Source: Chiloscyllium plagiosum
Lineage: Eukaryota
Direction of reading: 5' to 3'
Length of the DNA: 64,000 nt
Assembly: GCF_004010195.1 (NCBI RefSeq)
Contig: NC_057720.1
Coordinates: 21,755,696-21,819,695 of the forward strand
Part shown: positions 1 through 11,340 of the stretch, piece by piece
Position numbering within the stretch: the stretch's first letter is position 1
Layout of the letters: each line of letters starts with the position of its first letter
Position numbers and translations under genes: made by a program
The notes under the pieces: generated by a model
What the model was told of the DNA's origin: nothing
Databases searched by the model: none
What the model saw: the letters and a program-made list of their open reading frames with translations, nothing else

Positions 1-1485
1 GATCTGTAAATAACGTTAAAGGGGATATATCCCGCCCGATAGTTCTTTGGGGAGAATGTTGGGTAATTGGGAACACAACTCCCAGATGCGGGAGAAAGAT
101 AAGGCTATAATGATAAACTATTGTTGTTTTGTCTGGACTAGAGAAAGTATTAAGGCGCCTGGTATTTTTTTTGGCCCACATATTGGTCTGATGAGGATTG
201 GCTGTGTCAAGATCTTAATATATATGTCAATCGAAAAGAACCGTACATTCAAAAAGAGTCCGATTATGCGGCTTGTTGGATAGGGAGCGCAGGAGTAAAA
301 TTATGTCCCATGAATACGGAGGAATCAGGGAAAGAACAGAAAAAGAATGGACAAGGGAAGCCACAATGGGATCCCTTAATGTGTTTGCCGCCCCCATATA
401 CTACTCCCCAGAACGAGCCTACAGCTCCCGAAATAGAACCGAGTCCAGACACAGAAAGGGGAACGGACTTTGAACTAAAATATGAAGAACCTGGGGGGGG
501 GGGTCCAGAGTCACTCGAGCCACCACATGTAAAGGAGGGGCAGAGATAATGGAAAATATAAAATTATGTCCCTTAAGAGAGGTCCCGATTGGGGATGGAG
601 GAATAGGATACGTAAACGCTTCCTTAACTAGCAGTGAAGTTAGGGTCTTTAAAAAGGAAATGAAAAGTTTAATAGAGGATCCGGTTAGACTAGCCGAACA
701 ATTAGATCAATTCCTAGGGCCTAATCTATATACCTGGGGAGAACTGATGGTAAATTTAGGAACGTTATTTTCAGGGGAAGAACGAGGTATGATGAGGAGA
801 GCGGCTTTATCGGAATGGGAAAAGAAGCACCCAGTTGGGGAAGAAGGGGCCCCAGCAGAACAGAAATTCCCAAACGTTGGCCCTCATTGGGAAAATAATG
901 ACAAAGAAAGGGAGTCAATGCAGGATCTACGAGAAATGGTAATATTAGGAATTAAAGAGGTGGCACCTAGATCACAAAACTTTGTTAAGGCCTTTGAAGT
1001 ACAATAAGAGAAGGATGAAACCCCTTCTGCATTTCTTAAAAAGGTTCAAGGAGGCCACAAGGAAGTATTCGGGAATGGATTCCGATAATCCGATAGCACA
1101 GGGACTCTTAAAGGTCCAGTTTGTAACTATATCATGGCCGGACATACAAAAGAAATTACAGAAATTAGATGGATGGAGTGAAAGACAGATGGAAAAACTG
1201 TTACGTGAGGCACAGAAAGTGTATGTGAAAAGGGAAGATAAGAAGTAGAAACAGAAAGCCAAAATGATGGTGGCGGCAGTAGAAGAAATAACAAAAAGGA
1301 GAATGGGATCAGAGGATAACAGGAAGGGTAGGGGAGGACACAAAAGACAAGGGTCAGATACCTGGGAAAGGAGGCAACAGGCAGGGTGTTACCATTGCGG
1401 GAAAGTGGGGCATTTTAAACGGGAATGCCTGGAATTAGCTCGAGAAAGGGAACCCGTTTCCCGAATGATCTTAGATGAAGATTGG
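1..1485 (+). pseudogene. gag: ERV gag (matrix-capsid-nucleocapsid), frameshifted
   Basis: ORF pieces 47-283, 310-549, 549-1007, 982-1248 and 1264-1485. PPPY at 388-399, PTAP at 418-429, MHR-like segment near 1000-1070, single zinc knuckle CYHCGKVGHFKREC. Confidence 0.9.
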
Positions 1486-4400
1486 GGGAGTCAGGGGTTC
1501 CTTCCTCCTGAGACCCACCGGGAACCCTTGATAAATTTAAAGGTGAGACCTGAATGGGAGGAGGCAGCATTTTTGGTGGACACAGGAGCAGTACGGTCAT
1601 CCCTAAGTTTTAGACCTACCAGTGTTAAATTGACTAAGGAGTATCTTAAGGTTTCGAAGTAAAAGGCGAAGAATTCTTGGTGCCTATTTTTGAACCAACC
1701 CTAATTAGAAGAAATGATGAGGAAGTGATAGGACAATTACTATATATTCCTGACATTGGAAGTAATCTATTAGGTAGGGATTTGATTATATTGCTGGGCT
1801 TAAAAATTGGGGTGGAGGATAGTGCAGTAACTATAACGATGGCTATGTTAATACCTAGTGAAGAAAAAAAACAAATCAGCCCTGACGTGTGGGCGAAAGC
1901 GGATAACACAGGGCATCTTAATATTACTCCGTTGGTGATTATTTTGACTTGAGAAGACAAGACAGTTCGTGTTAGACGATACCCTATATCGTTGGAAGGC
2001 CGTAGAGGTCTACAACTAGTTATAGATTCTTTGGTAAAAACTGGACTGTTAGAACTATGTATGTCGCCCTTTAATACCCCAATACTGCCCGCCCGCAAAC
2101 CAGATGGAACCTATCGATTGGTGCAGGATCTTAGGGCATTGAACCGATTGGTTCGAACACGATACTTGGTGGTACCTAATCCATATACTTTACTAAGCAA
2201 AATACCATGTAACCACCGCTGGTTTAGTGTAATAAATTTAAATGATGCATTCTGGGCTTGTCCTCTGGCCCCAGAAAGCCGCGACATGTTTGCTTTTGAA
2301 TGGGAAAACCCCATACACTGGTAGAAAAAAAGTTACAATGGACAGTACTTCCCCAGGGATTCACAGAATCACCTAATCTATTCGGGCAAGTACTGGAACA
2401 GGTCCTGGAATAACAAAATGCCTCGAAGAACGTCATTGTTACAATATGTGGACGATTTACTTGTATCAGGACAAAAGAGAGATGACATGAGTTTAGCCAC
2501 CAATAGACTGTTAAATTTCCTAGGGCAACAGGGTTTAAGAGTATCTAAGAATAAATTGCAATATGTAGGGAAAGAGGTGAAATACTTAGGACACCTTATT
2601 AGTGAGGGCATTAGATGCATTAACCCTGAGAGAATTAAAGGGATAGTAGAACTGCCCCTTCCGACCACCAAACGAGAATTACGGAAGTTCTTGGGGCTGG
2701 TGGGCTATTGTAGATTATGGCTAGAAGCATAAGCCAAAAAACAAAGGGGTTATATTACAAATTGACAGAATCTGAACATGAAAGACTGCACTGGACAGAA
2801 GAGGAAAATGAAGGTTACATGAGTTGAAGCGTAGTCTAATACGAGCTCCAGTGTTGGCCCTTCCCTCCCTAGATAAACCATTCCACCTTTTTGTGACAGT
2901 AAATGATGGAGCAGCCTGAGGAGTGTTAACCCAGAAAGGAGGGGGAAAGAGACAGCCCATAGCCTTCCTGTCCAAGATCTTGGATCCTGCCTCGAGAGGA
3001 TGGCCTGAATGTATACAGGCAGGAGCAGCCATTGCCATACTGGTAGCAGAAAGCTATAAACTTACTTTTGGAGGGGCGCTAGTCGTTAGTACCCCCCCCC
3101 ATCAAGCTAGAACTGTGTTAAACCAAAAGGCAGGGAGATGGTTGACAGACTCACGAATCTTAAAATACGAAGCCATCCTGATGGAGAGAGATGACCTTGT
3201 GTTAGCAACAGACCTGTCTAAATCCAGCTACCTTCCTATGGAAAGGAGAACCTCTGGACAAACGAGAATTAGAACATGAGTGTCTGGATATCATAGAGTA
3301 TCAAACCAAAGTTAGACAGGACCTAAAGGATATGCCCTTACATGACAGGGACAGACTGTTTATAGATGGGTCATCAAAAGTAGTACAAGGAAAAAGACAC
3401 AATGGATATGCAGTAGTGGACGGTAACGAGAATCGAACGGTTGAGGCTGACTGGTTGCCTAACAAATGGTCGGCCCAGACTTGTGTGTTGTATGCATTAA
3501 ACCAGGCTTTAAAACAATTAGAGAACCGAGATGGGACAATTTACACCGACTCTAAGTATGCCTATGGGGTGGTACATACCTTCGGAAAAATATGGCAAGA
3601 ACTTGGACTAATCAATAGCCGGGGAAAGGAATTGATACACGAAGAGTTGATAGGACAAGTGTTGGAAAATTTGGAATTACCCTGGGAAATAGCTATAGTC
3701 CACGTACCTGGGCATCAGAAAGGGAACACTCTAGAAGGAAGTGGGAATAGGCTAGCAGACAAGGCAGCCAAAGAGGCAGCTATGAGCCATACAGTAACAA
3801 AAATACGGGTTCTTACGCCCATAGTGGAGTCCCCTCCCAACCCAAGGAAGATGGATCCTCCTGGATGGAAGGGAGTTATTAAGTAAACCAGTCATGAGAA
3901 ACATCCTAACCACCTTGCACCAAGGCAGTCATTGGGGCTCCCAAGCTATGTGTGACACAGTGTTAAGGAAGTACAGATGTAAAGGGATATACACATTAGC
4001 CAAGCAGGTATGCGCAGGATGCCCGACTTGCCAAAAGATTAATAAGCAAGTAATTGGGGGGGGGGGGGGCAAGAGGTGGAAGAAACCCTGGGGTAAGACC
4101 TTTTCAAAGAATACAGGTAGATTACACAGAATTATCCCCAGCAGGGAAACAAAAGTACTTATTAGTCCGAATGGATCACCTAACTGGGTGGGTGGAGGCA
4201 TTTCCAATGTTCTCAGCTACCTCAAAGGGAATAGTGAAAACTCTTTTAGAACATATAATTCCTCGATGTGGAATGGTGGAAAGTATAGATTCAGACCAAA
4301 GAAGCAATTATCTAAGCTAGTCCTAGAGACTCGATTACCATGGACAAAATGTTTACCTATTGCGTTTCTACGCATTAGGACTGCGCCTAGACGTGATATA

Positions 4401-4831
4401 GGCCTCTCTCCTTATGAGATGATGTTTGGATTACCTTTCTTGGGTGGAAGAGGGGAATTACCAACTGTAGAGTTCAATGATAAGTTTTTAAAAGAACTAT
4501 ATTGTGGCGCTCGGCTCTTCTTTGTCTGTCCTTAGGAAGAAGGGTCTGTTGACCCAGACACTTCCACTTGAGTTCGCTGTACATAGAATACAACCGGGTG
4601 ATTGGGTCTGATCAAAACCTGGAAAGATACCAAACTGCACCCAAGCTGGGAGGGACCGTTCCTAACCCTCCTGACTACTGAAACAGCCGTCCGAACTGCT
4701 GAAAAGGGTGGAGTCATCACACTCGCGTTAAGGGCCCCGTGGATGCTCCTTCCCCTTCGGCAGAGTGGCAAGCTCATCCTACAGACAACCCTCTGAAAGT
4801 CAAGCTGAGCAAAAAGAATGGACTGAGATAA
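1486..4831 (+). pseudogene. pol: ERV pro-pol (protease, RT, RNase H, integrase), disrupted
   Basis: FLVDTGA protease motif; SPFNTPILP..KPDGTYRLVQDLR; WTVLPQGF; LLQYVDDLL; LFIDGSS..IYTDSKYA; HHCC zinc domain (LHQGSHWG..CAGCPTC); QVDY..DSDQ; WEGPF. Stop at about 4829-4831. Confidence 0.92.
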
Positions 4832-4952
4832 GAGACTATTAAGTATTGGTTAAAAAAAACTGTATCCCAAAACAATTGTAAGTGTTGCATGGAATCACTC
4901 CTCCCTGGTATTTAAAGGGTTAGGGAATAGACTGATAGGGTTGTGAGCTGAA

Positions 4953-6293
4953 ATGAATGGTCAGCTTTATGTTGTCACGATAATATTGGCACTAGCTGCC
5001 GGGGGGGGGGCAAAATCATTTTACCACTTTATGTCAGAATTATGCTAAACTAAAGGGGCATACCGACTGTTGGGTATGTGCGGAGATCCCACACCATGGG
5101 GAATCCGGAATTCCTCTCACGGTAATACCACTTACCAAAGCAGAAGTGTAAGATGTACAACAATTTGACTCGGGATCAAATGATACAACTTGGAGATCTA
5201 ACAGGGATAATTATAACTTTGCGGGGTGGTTCCCTCGACTAGCCCTGAAACTCTGGGTGCTTTCGATGGCCTGAGTTTCCCCACCGAAAGGAGCAGTAAT
5301 TTCTGTAATCAGAATGATACCACACCCTTCCGATTAGGAAAATCATCTTGTGTCTACACCAGCCAAGCCACTGCCACGACCATTCCCCGAATATTAAATG
5401 GAACATATTGGGTATGCGGCCTGAAGGCCCATCCATTTATTCCCGGGAAAAAAAATACATTTGCATGACTGAATGTATAGGAATGCATGCATGTTATGAT
5501 GTTGATCAAACACTGCCTCAAAGCCAGAAAGGCTGGAGTGGCTGCTGCTACCTCGCCTATATAATTCCTCATTTGAGGCTGTTAAAGAGAGCCCCAAAAA
5601 TACCTCTGAATAAACAGGGAGGAAGGTGAGTAACCCGGAAAGTAACCGAAGGAGATCACCTCCTCTGAACTTTGATACCAATGTATGGGACCGCTCAAGC
5701 AGGAGTAGAAACACAAAAGTTGGCAGCCTCCCTGGAAGAGTTGGCCAACAATACTGTTGATGCGTTGGCCGAAACCCAATCCCAAGTAGCAGCCATAACG
5801 ACCGAAATGATTGCCACTAGGCTAACGACTCTTCAGAACAGGATGGCTCTAGATGATATTCTGGCAGAGAAAGGTGGTATCTGTGCGCTAATTGGAGAGG
5901 AATGTTGTACGTACATACCTGAGGTCTCCTCTAACATTACTCATATCTCCAAACATGTGCGAGTCAAAATCGCCAAGATAAGGGAGGCTGGTAATCGGTA
6001 CCAGAACGAAAAGGATGGGAATGGGGTAATTGGAGATTGACTGGTTGGGGAAGGTGGTTAGTCAACCTGGCTATCTATGGATTATTGATATTAGTGGTCT
6101 GGTGGTAGGGTTCAATGTCCTAAAATGGGTAATGAGCCGACTGATGACATCCCTTGGGGAAGGAACCCAAATACATCATCAGATGCTTTTATACCGTGTA
6201 TAAGATTGTGAACCTTATCGCCAAAAGGTGTAAGAGGGCAGAACATGAGAAAATGAATTAATGGAACTTAATAAGTGCAGAAACAACAATTAG
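4953..6293 (+). pseudogene. env: ERV env, gamma-type SU/TM, disrupted (3' end approximate)
   Basis: Signal-peptide-like MNGQLYVVTIILALA at 4953; CWVC at 5068-5079; NGTYWVCG...WSGCCYL; TM heptad repeat, immunosuppressive-domain-like LQNRMALD (5831) and CX6CC (5882-5908) in ORF 5672-6040. Confidence 0.88.
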
Positions 6294-6313
6294 AGAAAAA
6301 GAGAAAGGGGGAA
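6292..6313 (+). other. Retroviral polypurine tract
   Basis: 22 consecutive purines AGAGAAAAAGAGAAAGGGGGAA immediately before the LTR TG. Confidence 0.85.
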
Positions 6314-6314
6314 T

Positions 6315-6870
6315 TGAGAGAGGTTAGAAATGTAGCTTCTGCAGGTGGGGGAAGGGGGTGTTGTGGGGGGAGGGGAGGGGAAGGGGAGGGGAAGGGGAAC
6401 ATTATACAAACGATTGCGGAATTCTTGTAGCATGTAGCATACTTAAGGCTAAGACTTTAATGAATATAGAGGGTCTTTTAAAGCTAGGAAATAACTATGA
6501 AGGGTTGTAGCTGACCACAAAACGAAGCAGCGGAGGCATTTCACAATAAAGCTTATAGTATGATAAGAGAAACTGGATAAAAGAGCAAGCTGTAATAAAC
6601 AAGGAACAAAGAATGAAGACATACAAGGACAGCAGGATGGCCAGATAAGAAAATAACTAGAGAAAAAAAGACAAGTGAGGTAATCGGCTTATGATAGGAT
6701 GGGAAAAGGGAGGCATGATTCTGCAACTTGCAAACTGAATAAGAATGCTTTGTTTTCGCACGCAGTTTTGCTTGATTGCAGAGGTGTCCGGTACTTGCAA
6801 GGCCGTAATAAGTTGTTCTTGTTTCCAAGGCTTTGTCTCAGGCTGATTTGCGAGTGAGTTCTGTTTCTCA
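6315..6870 (+). repeat. 3' LTR of the ERV (about 556 bp)
   Basis: Begins TGAGA just after the PPT and ends TCTCA (5-bp terminal inverted repeat). No partner LTR in the window, so the end and TSD cannot be confirmed. Confidence 0.75.
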
Positions 6871-7084
6871 CAGTTTGTTAATTGCTAACATTAACTGATT
6901 CTCTAACTCCAAGAATGTTTGCATAAGTACTGCTGAGAAACTAAAGTTACTTTCTTAAAACTAAGTCAAGAAAACCTGGCAGAGGAAGTTACTGTACTGA
7001 TAAAACTTATTTTGTTCAACAGTACTTGTTGAAGGTTGGACATTTGGACATGAATATTTTTCAGTGCAAAAAAAAACACATGGA

Positions 7085-7900
7085 AACTGCGCATTGCATC
7101 GCCTTAAATGACTCCCCTGCAGATACATTTCCCTCCCCCTACTCTGGAAGGTTCGACACAGTCCCTGGCTCTCACGCGCTCATTAGCGGTCAGCTGCTCG
7201 GCTGCACTCGGTAATTCTCGGAAACCATAGGGTGGGCATTCCGCTCCCTCCGAAGTGCGAGGGGCAGGCACTCGGCCATTTCCGGAACGCTCCGGGAGCC
7301 ACGAGGGGGGCGGCACTCGGAAATTTCCGCAAAGGTGGGGGGTGGGTAGGGGAAGGGAGACAAGCGATAAGCGGCGCCATTTTGTGTGTTCACTGTCGGC
7401 GGCAGTTGGTACTTAAACCTCTGGTAATCCGGCAATGGACGGGTAAGTACCGTTAGACATTGGGGGAAAGTGTGCACACATGTATGTAAAAGCTCATACA
7501 CTTCTCTGGGATGTAGATTAATGATAGTTGGCTTGCTATGCGGGGTGCGAGGTCCTCGAATATAAATATTTGGGCCGAGCACCATGACTCTTAAGTCCGT
7601 AATGTGAATGTGAATGTCGTGGCGTCTGGCGGGAACTGAAGGTGGATTCTCCTCCGTGCTTCCAGCCCTCCTCACTTCGTGCTGGGTGAGGCGTATTGCC
7701 CCCCCCCCCCCAATCAAGAGGGAAACTGAAACCAGAGTAATAAAGCCGGCTATTGTGTGTCGTGAGCATTGTTCATGCCCGGGGCCGGCTCCCTAACCGC
7801 CATCTCCTCCCTCACAGGACAGAGAGTCGCCATCAAAGACCAGACATTGGAGACCCTTCATAACCGTCGGGTCTCTCCCAACTGCTCTGTCTGTTTCCAA
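7085..7900 (+). promoter_or_regulatory. CpG island / promoter of PTBP2
   Basis: Sharp rise in GC and CpG around exon 1; ETS-like TTCCGGAA (about 7280); YY1-like GCGCCATTTTG (about 7374-7385) just upstream of the ATG. Confidence 0.75.
7435..7442 (+). CDS. PTBP2: PTBP2 coding exon 1 (ATGGACGG, M-D-G)
   Basis: GGCA-ATG-GAC-GG followed by the strong donor GTAAGT inside the CpG island; phase matches exon 2. Confidence 0.85.
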
Positions 7901-8290
7901 TGAAAAAGCCGTCAAGTGGTATTCTGTTAATTAAACTGTTTCGTGTACTGCTGGGCGTCCACCCTCCTTTTTTTTTAAATAAAAAACATTCTCATCAACG
8001 TGAAAAACACTCGGACGGAAGAGTTAATAGTAAAGAGAGGGATGTGATATTGAAAGGGCGCCAGGCATATGGAGACGGGTCTTTCAGCAATGGCTCCCAG
8101 CCAGATTGTGCAGTCAGCAGTTCTGTTTTATAAAAGCCATTATAAACAACGCGCGCACACTCTCAAAATAACACTTTGAAGCCTGGTAGTTCACTCAGCA
8201 TCTTTTACTATTAAATAAATAGTAACCGGACGTTTCGATTGTGAGGTGAATGAAATTCTGACTTTGCAATGTTTTGTCTTGCTCTCACAG

Positions 8291-8321
8291 CATTCTCACT
8301 GATGTTACAGTTGGCATAAAG
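8291..8321 (+). CDS. PTBP2: PTBP2 exon 2 (31 nt, ILTDVTVGIK)
   Basis: Pyrimidine tract + CACAG acceptor, GTAGGT donor; frame joins exons 1 and 3. Confidence 0.88.
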
Positions 8322-8789
8322 GTAGGTGTCAGCTTTTCTCCTTGTATGTTTCTACGTGTGAATCTGCAAAGGAATCAAAATTAATCATTTCAGGTATATC
8401 TGTTAATTGTGGCCTGTGATTCAGTATATCTCAATGCAAATACAGCTGCCCATTAGAGCTTGCTGACTGATTATTGCTCTGTAGTTGAAGGCCCTTAATT
8501 TGACAGGTCATAATATTTGAGAGAATTTTAGGTATGTTCAAACTGCTAAGATTTGGATTATTTGCATTGGAAAGTTATTAATGGTTAGGGTACAATCCTG
8601 CCTATTGTAAAAATTAGTTTACTCATGGGTAAGACTAGCCAGAATTGGAACTTGAACGGAGGGAATGTGAATGTTGAAATTGTGCAATAACATGCCAAAT
8701 TTAACTGAATTGCCACAATCTACAAGTTTAATAGTCCAACTTGATGCCTTTAGTTGTCTTAATCTAACTCCAGCACTGTGTTCTAAACA

Positions 8790-8878
8790 AAAGGTGCTGG
8801 AAAAGGTTCACTACGTCTGGCAGCATCTATGAAGTCAAAGTTACTGTTTCAGGTCTAGTGACCCTTCCTCAGAACTGT
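8790..8878 (-). mobile_element. Penelope-like element terminal fragment with hammerhead-like motif
   Basis: Minus strand reads GTT-CTGAGGA-AGGGTC-ACTA-GACCT-GAAAC-AGTAAC, followed by the GATGCTGCC..TTTTCCAGCA tail shared with other copies. Confidence 0.6.
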
Positions 8879-10549
8879 TCTGGTGCTTTTGTTTTTAACT
8901 ATAAAATGAAACCATGTATGAAAGGCTATTACTTTCCATTATGCTTGAAAGAGATATTGTGAATCTCCTGACCCCTCAAATTTTACTTTTTTAATATTGG
9001 TACTAAATTTGTATTTATGACCCTCTTTCAGCCATTAGATTCTGGATCACAGCTATGTTTTTAAAAAAATTCTGTGGTTTTGGTTCTTTCACCATCTTGA
9101 ATCTCTTCTCTGGTAGGTGACCCTTTTGCTGCAGTCTTTCTCCTTATTTACTCTATCTAAAACACTTTTGAATTTGAATGCTACTTTGTGTCCTCCAAGA
9201 TAAACCGCTCCAGCTATGTAGGGAAACTGGGAAAGCTAAAGTCCGCCCCCTGCTTACAGTTCCAGAAAATAGTTTCGGTATCTTCTCTAAGGCCATTGCA
9301 TCTTTCAGGATGCCCAGAATTAGATACAATATCCAATATCCTAACTAGTGTTTTATGAAGATTTAGTTCTTTTGAAGTTTGCTTCTCTCATAAATCCTCC
9401 GCTCCACGCTTGCAGCCATGCGCCGGTACCTACACTCCCTGCAGCTCGACCTACCCCAGCTCAGGACAACTCTCTCACAGACCTGTAAAGGACCTCTACT
9501 GTTCTTCATTTACAGAAGAATCCATAGACTGAACAAACAGTTCTTTCTAGCCATTTCGGAGACCTCACTCTCTCATAAATCCAGTTTTACTTGTGTTATT
9601 TTAATTGTTTCTCAAAATGCAATACCAACTCAAAAAGTAAAAGCATCCCTGGTCTCTGTTCCTTCACCATTTGTAGCACATTTATTTGTATTAAAATCAA
9701 TCCAATGTTGCAAAACAAAAATTCTGTCCATTTAAAGTACTATTGGCTTCTGCTCCTATGCAATTGGTACTGTATTTAAAAATTCAATACTTTGTGCTCC
9801 ATTCTTGTTCTCAAATTAGATTTGCTTGTTATTTCTTCAAGAAATTACATTGGAAAACAAATGAACAACTTAGCCTGGAGTAATGCAAAAATAACAACTA
9901 TTACCGACCAGTATTTATTCATGATTTTGAGCCTATGCATTTGTGTGGAAATCTTATTTTTGTTATTATCAGCACTTGAAAAGTAATTGCTGGAAATGGG
10001 AAGATATTAGTTTTATTATATGAGCCACTGCAAAATAATTGACTTGATTTATTGTCACATTTAGCAACATACAGTGAAAGGTGGTGTTTTGCCTGCTGTA
10101 TAGGCAGATCATTCCATACAAAAATGCATTAGGGTAGCACAACAAAGTGGAGAGGGAGAGATCAACATTTAATATTTGAGGTCAGTTTGAAAGTATGTAG
10201 GGAAGAAGCTGTTCTTGAATCTGTTTGTATATTCAAACTTCTGCTCATGGAAGAGAGTCTAACTGGGGTGGGAGGGGTCTGTGATTTATGTTGGTTACTT
10301 TCCTGAGGCAGTAGAAAGTATAGATGGAGCCAATGGATGGAAGGCTGGTTTGTGTGATGGACTGGGCCGTGTTCATGACTCTCTAGTTCCTTGTATGGCA
10401 ACTGCTCTTCTCAAGCCCGCAATGTTGTGATGCATCCAGATAGGATGCTTTCTATTGTGAATCTAAGTAGAGAGAGTGGAGCTGGAAAAAGCAGCATTTG
10501 AGGAGGAGGAGGGGAGTCCATTCTTCTGGTTGGAACCTTCATATAGGAG

Positions 10550-11340
10550 GAGTCTGCTCCGCTATTCAGTCATGGCTGATATGCTTCTCATCCCCATTTT
10601 CCTGCCTTTTTCCCTGTAACTCTTCAACTCATTACCAATTAAAGATCTGTCTTCTACTCAAATTTGCTGAGTGTTCCAACATCAGGGGGTAGTGAATTCC
10701 TCAGATTTGCAAACCTTTGGGAGAAATAGTTTCTCCTCAACTCTCTTTTAAAAATTTGCTACCCCTTATCCTAAGACTATTACCTCTTGTCCTACAATGC
10801 CCCACAAGAGGAAGCATCTGCTCCACATCTATTTTATCCATACTTTTTAATCATCTTGAATATCTCAATTTGATCTCCCCTCCATCTTCTACATTTCTGA
10901 GTATAGGCCTGAACTGTTCAATCTCTCTTCATATGGCACACTTCTCATCTTTAGGATCAATCTAGTGAACATCCTCTGAACCGTCACCAATGCTACTACA
11001 TCTTTCCTCAAGGGGACCAAAGTTGTGCACAGCACTCCAGATGTAGTCTTGCTAATGCCTTGTATTGTTGCAACAATACTTCCTTATCTTTATATTCTAT
11101 TCCTGTAGTTTTAAAAGCCAAAATTCCATTTGCTTTCTTTATTATCTGCTGTACCTGCATGCTAGTTTTCTATGACTCATAAGCTAGGACACCCAGATCC
11201 CTCTGTACCATAGCACCCCAAAGTGTGTCCCTGTTTAGATAATAGGATGCCTTCCCATTTTTTCTGACCAAAATATGTGACACTCATTTATCCATGTTAA
11301 ACACCCATCTATCACATTTAGGCCCACTCTCCTAACTATT
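10550..11340 (-). mobile_element. Degenerate CR1-type LINE 3' fragment
   Basis: Resembles the reverse complement of the 3' half of the CR1 copy at 42334-44382. Confidence 0.55.

Larger units (their letters stand above)
1..6870 (+). mobile_element. Class I (gamma/epsilon-like) endogenous retrovirus, defective provirus; 5' LTR and gag start lie outside the window
   Basis: Collinear gag (PPPY/PTAP, capsid, CCHC), protease (LVDTGA), RT (LPQG, YVDD), RNase H (FIDGSS), integrase, env (CWVC, LQNRMALD, CX6CC), purine tract and a TG...CA LTR. Many stops and frameshifts. Confidence 0.95.

Noticed and set aside
5672..6040. Env TM ORF as a domesticated syncytin-like gene
   Set aside because: SU has stops, frameshifts and an insertion, and the ORF terminates before the membrane anchor.
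7104..7796. ORFs up to 175 aa on both strands near exon 1
   Set aside because: Expected in a GC-rich CpG island; no recognisable domain or splice support.
7815..7892. Small hairpin in intron 1 (GAGACCC...GGGTCTC)
   Set aside because: Only a 7-8 bp core stem; insufficient for a miRNA or ribozyme call.
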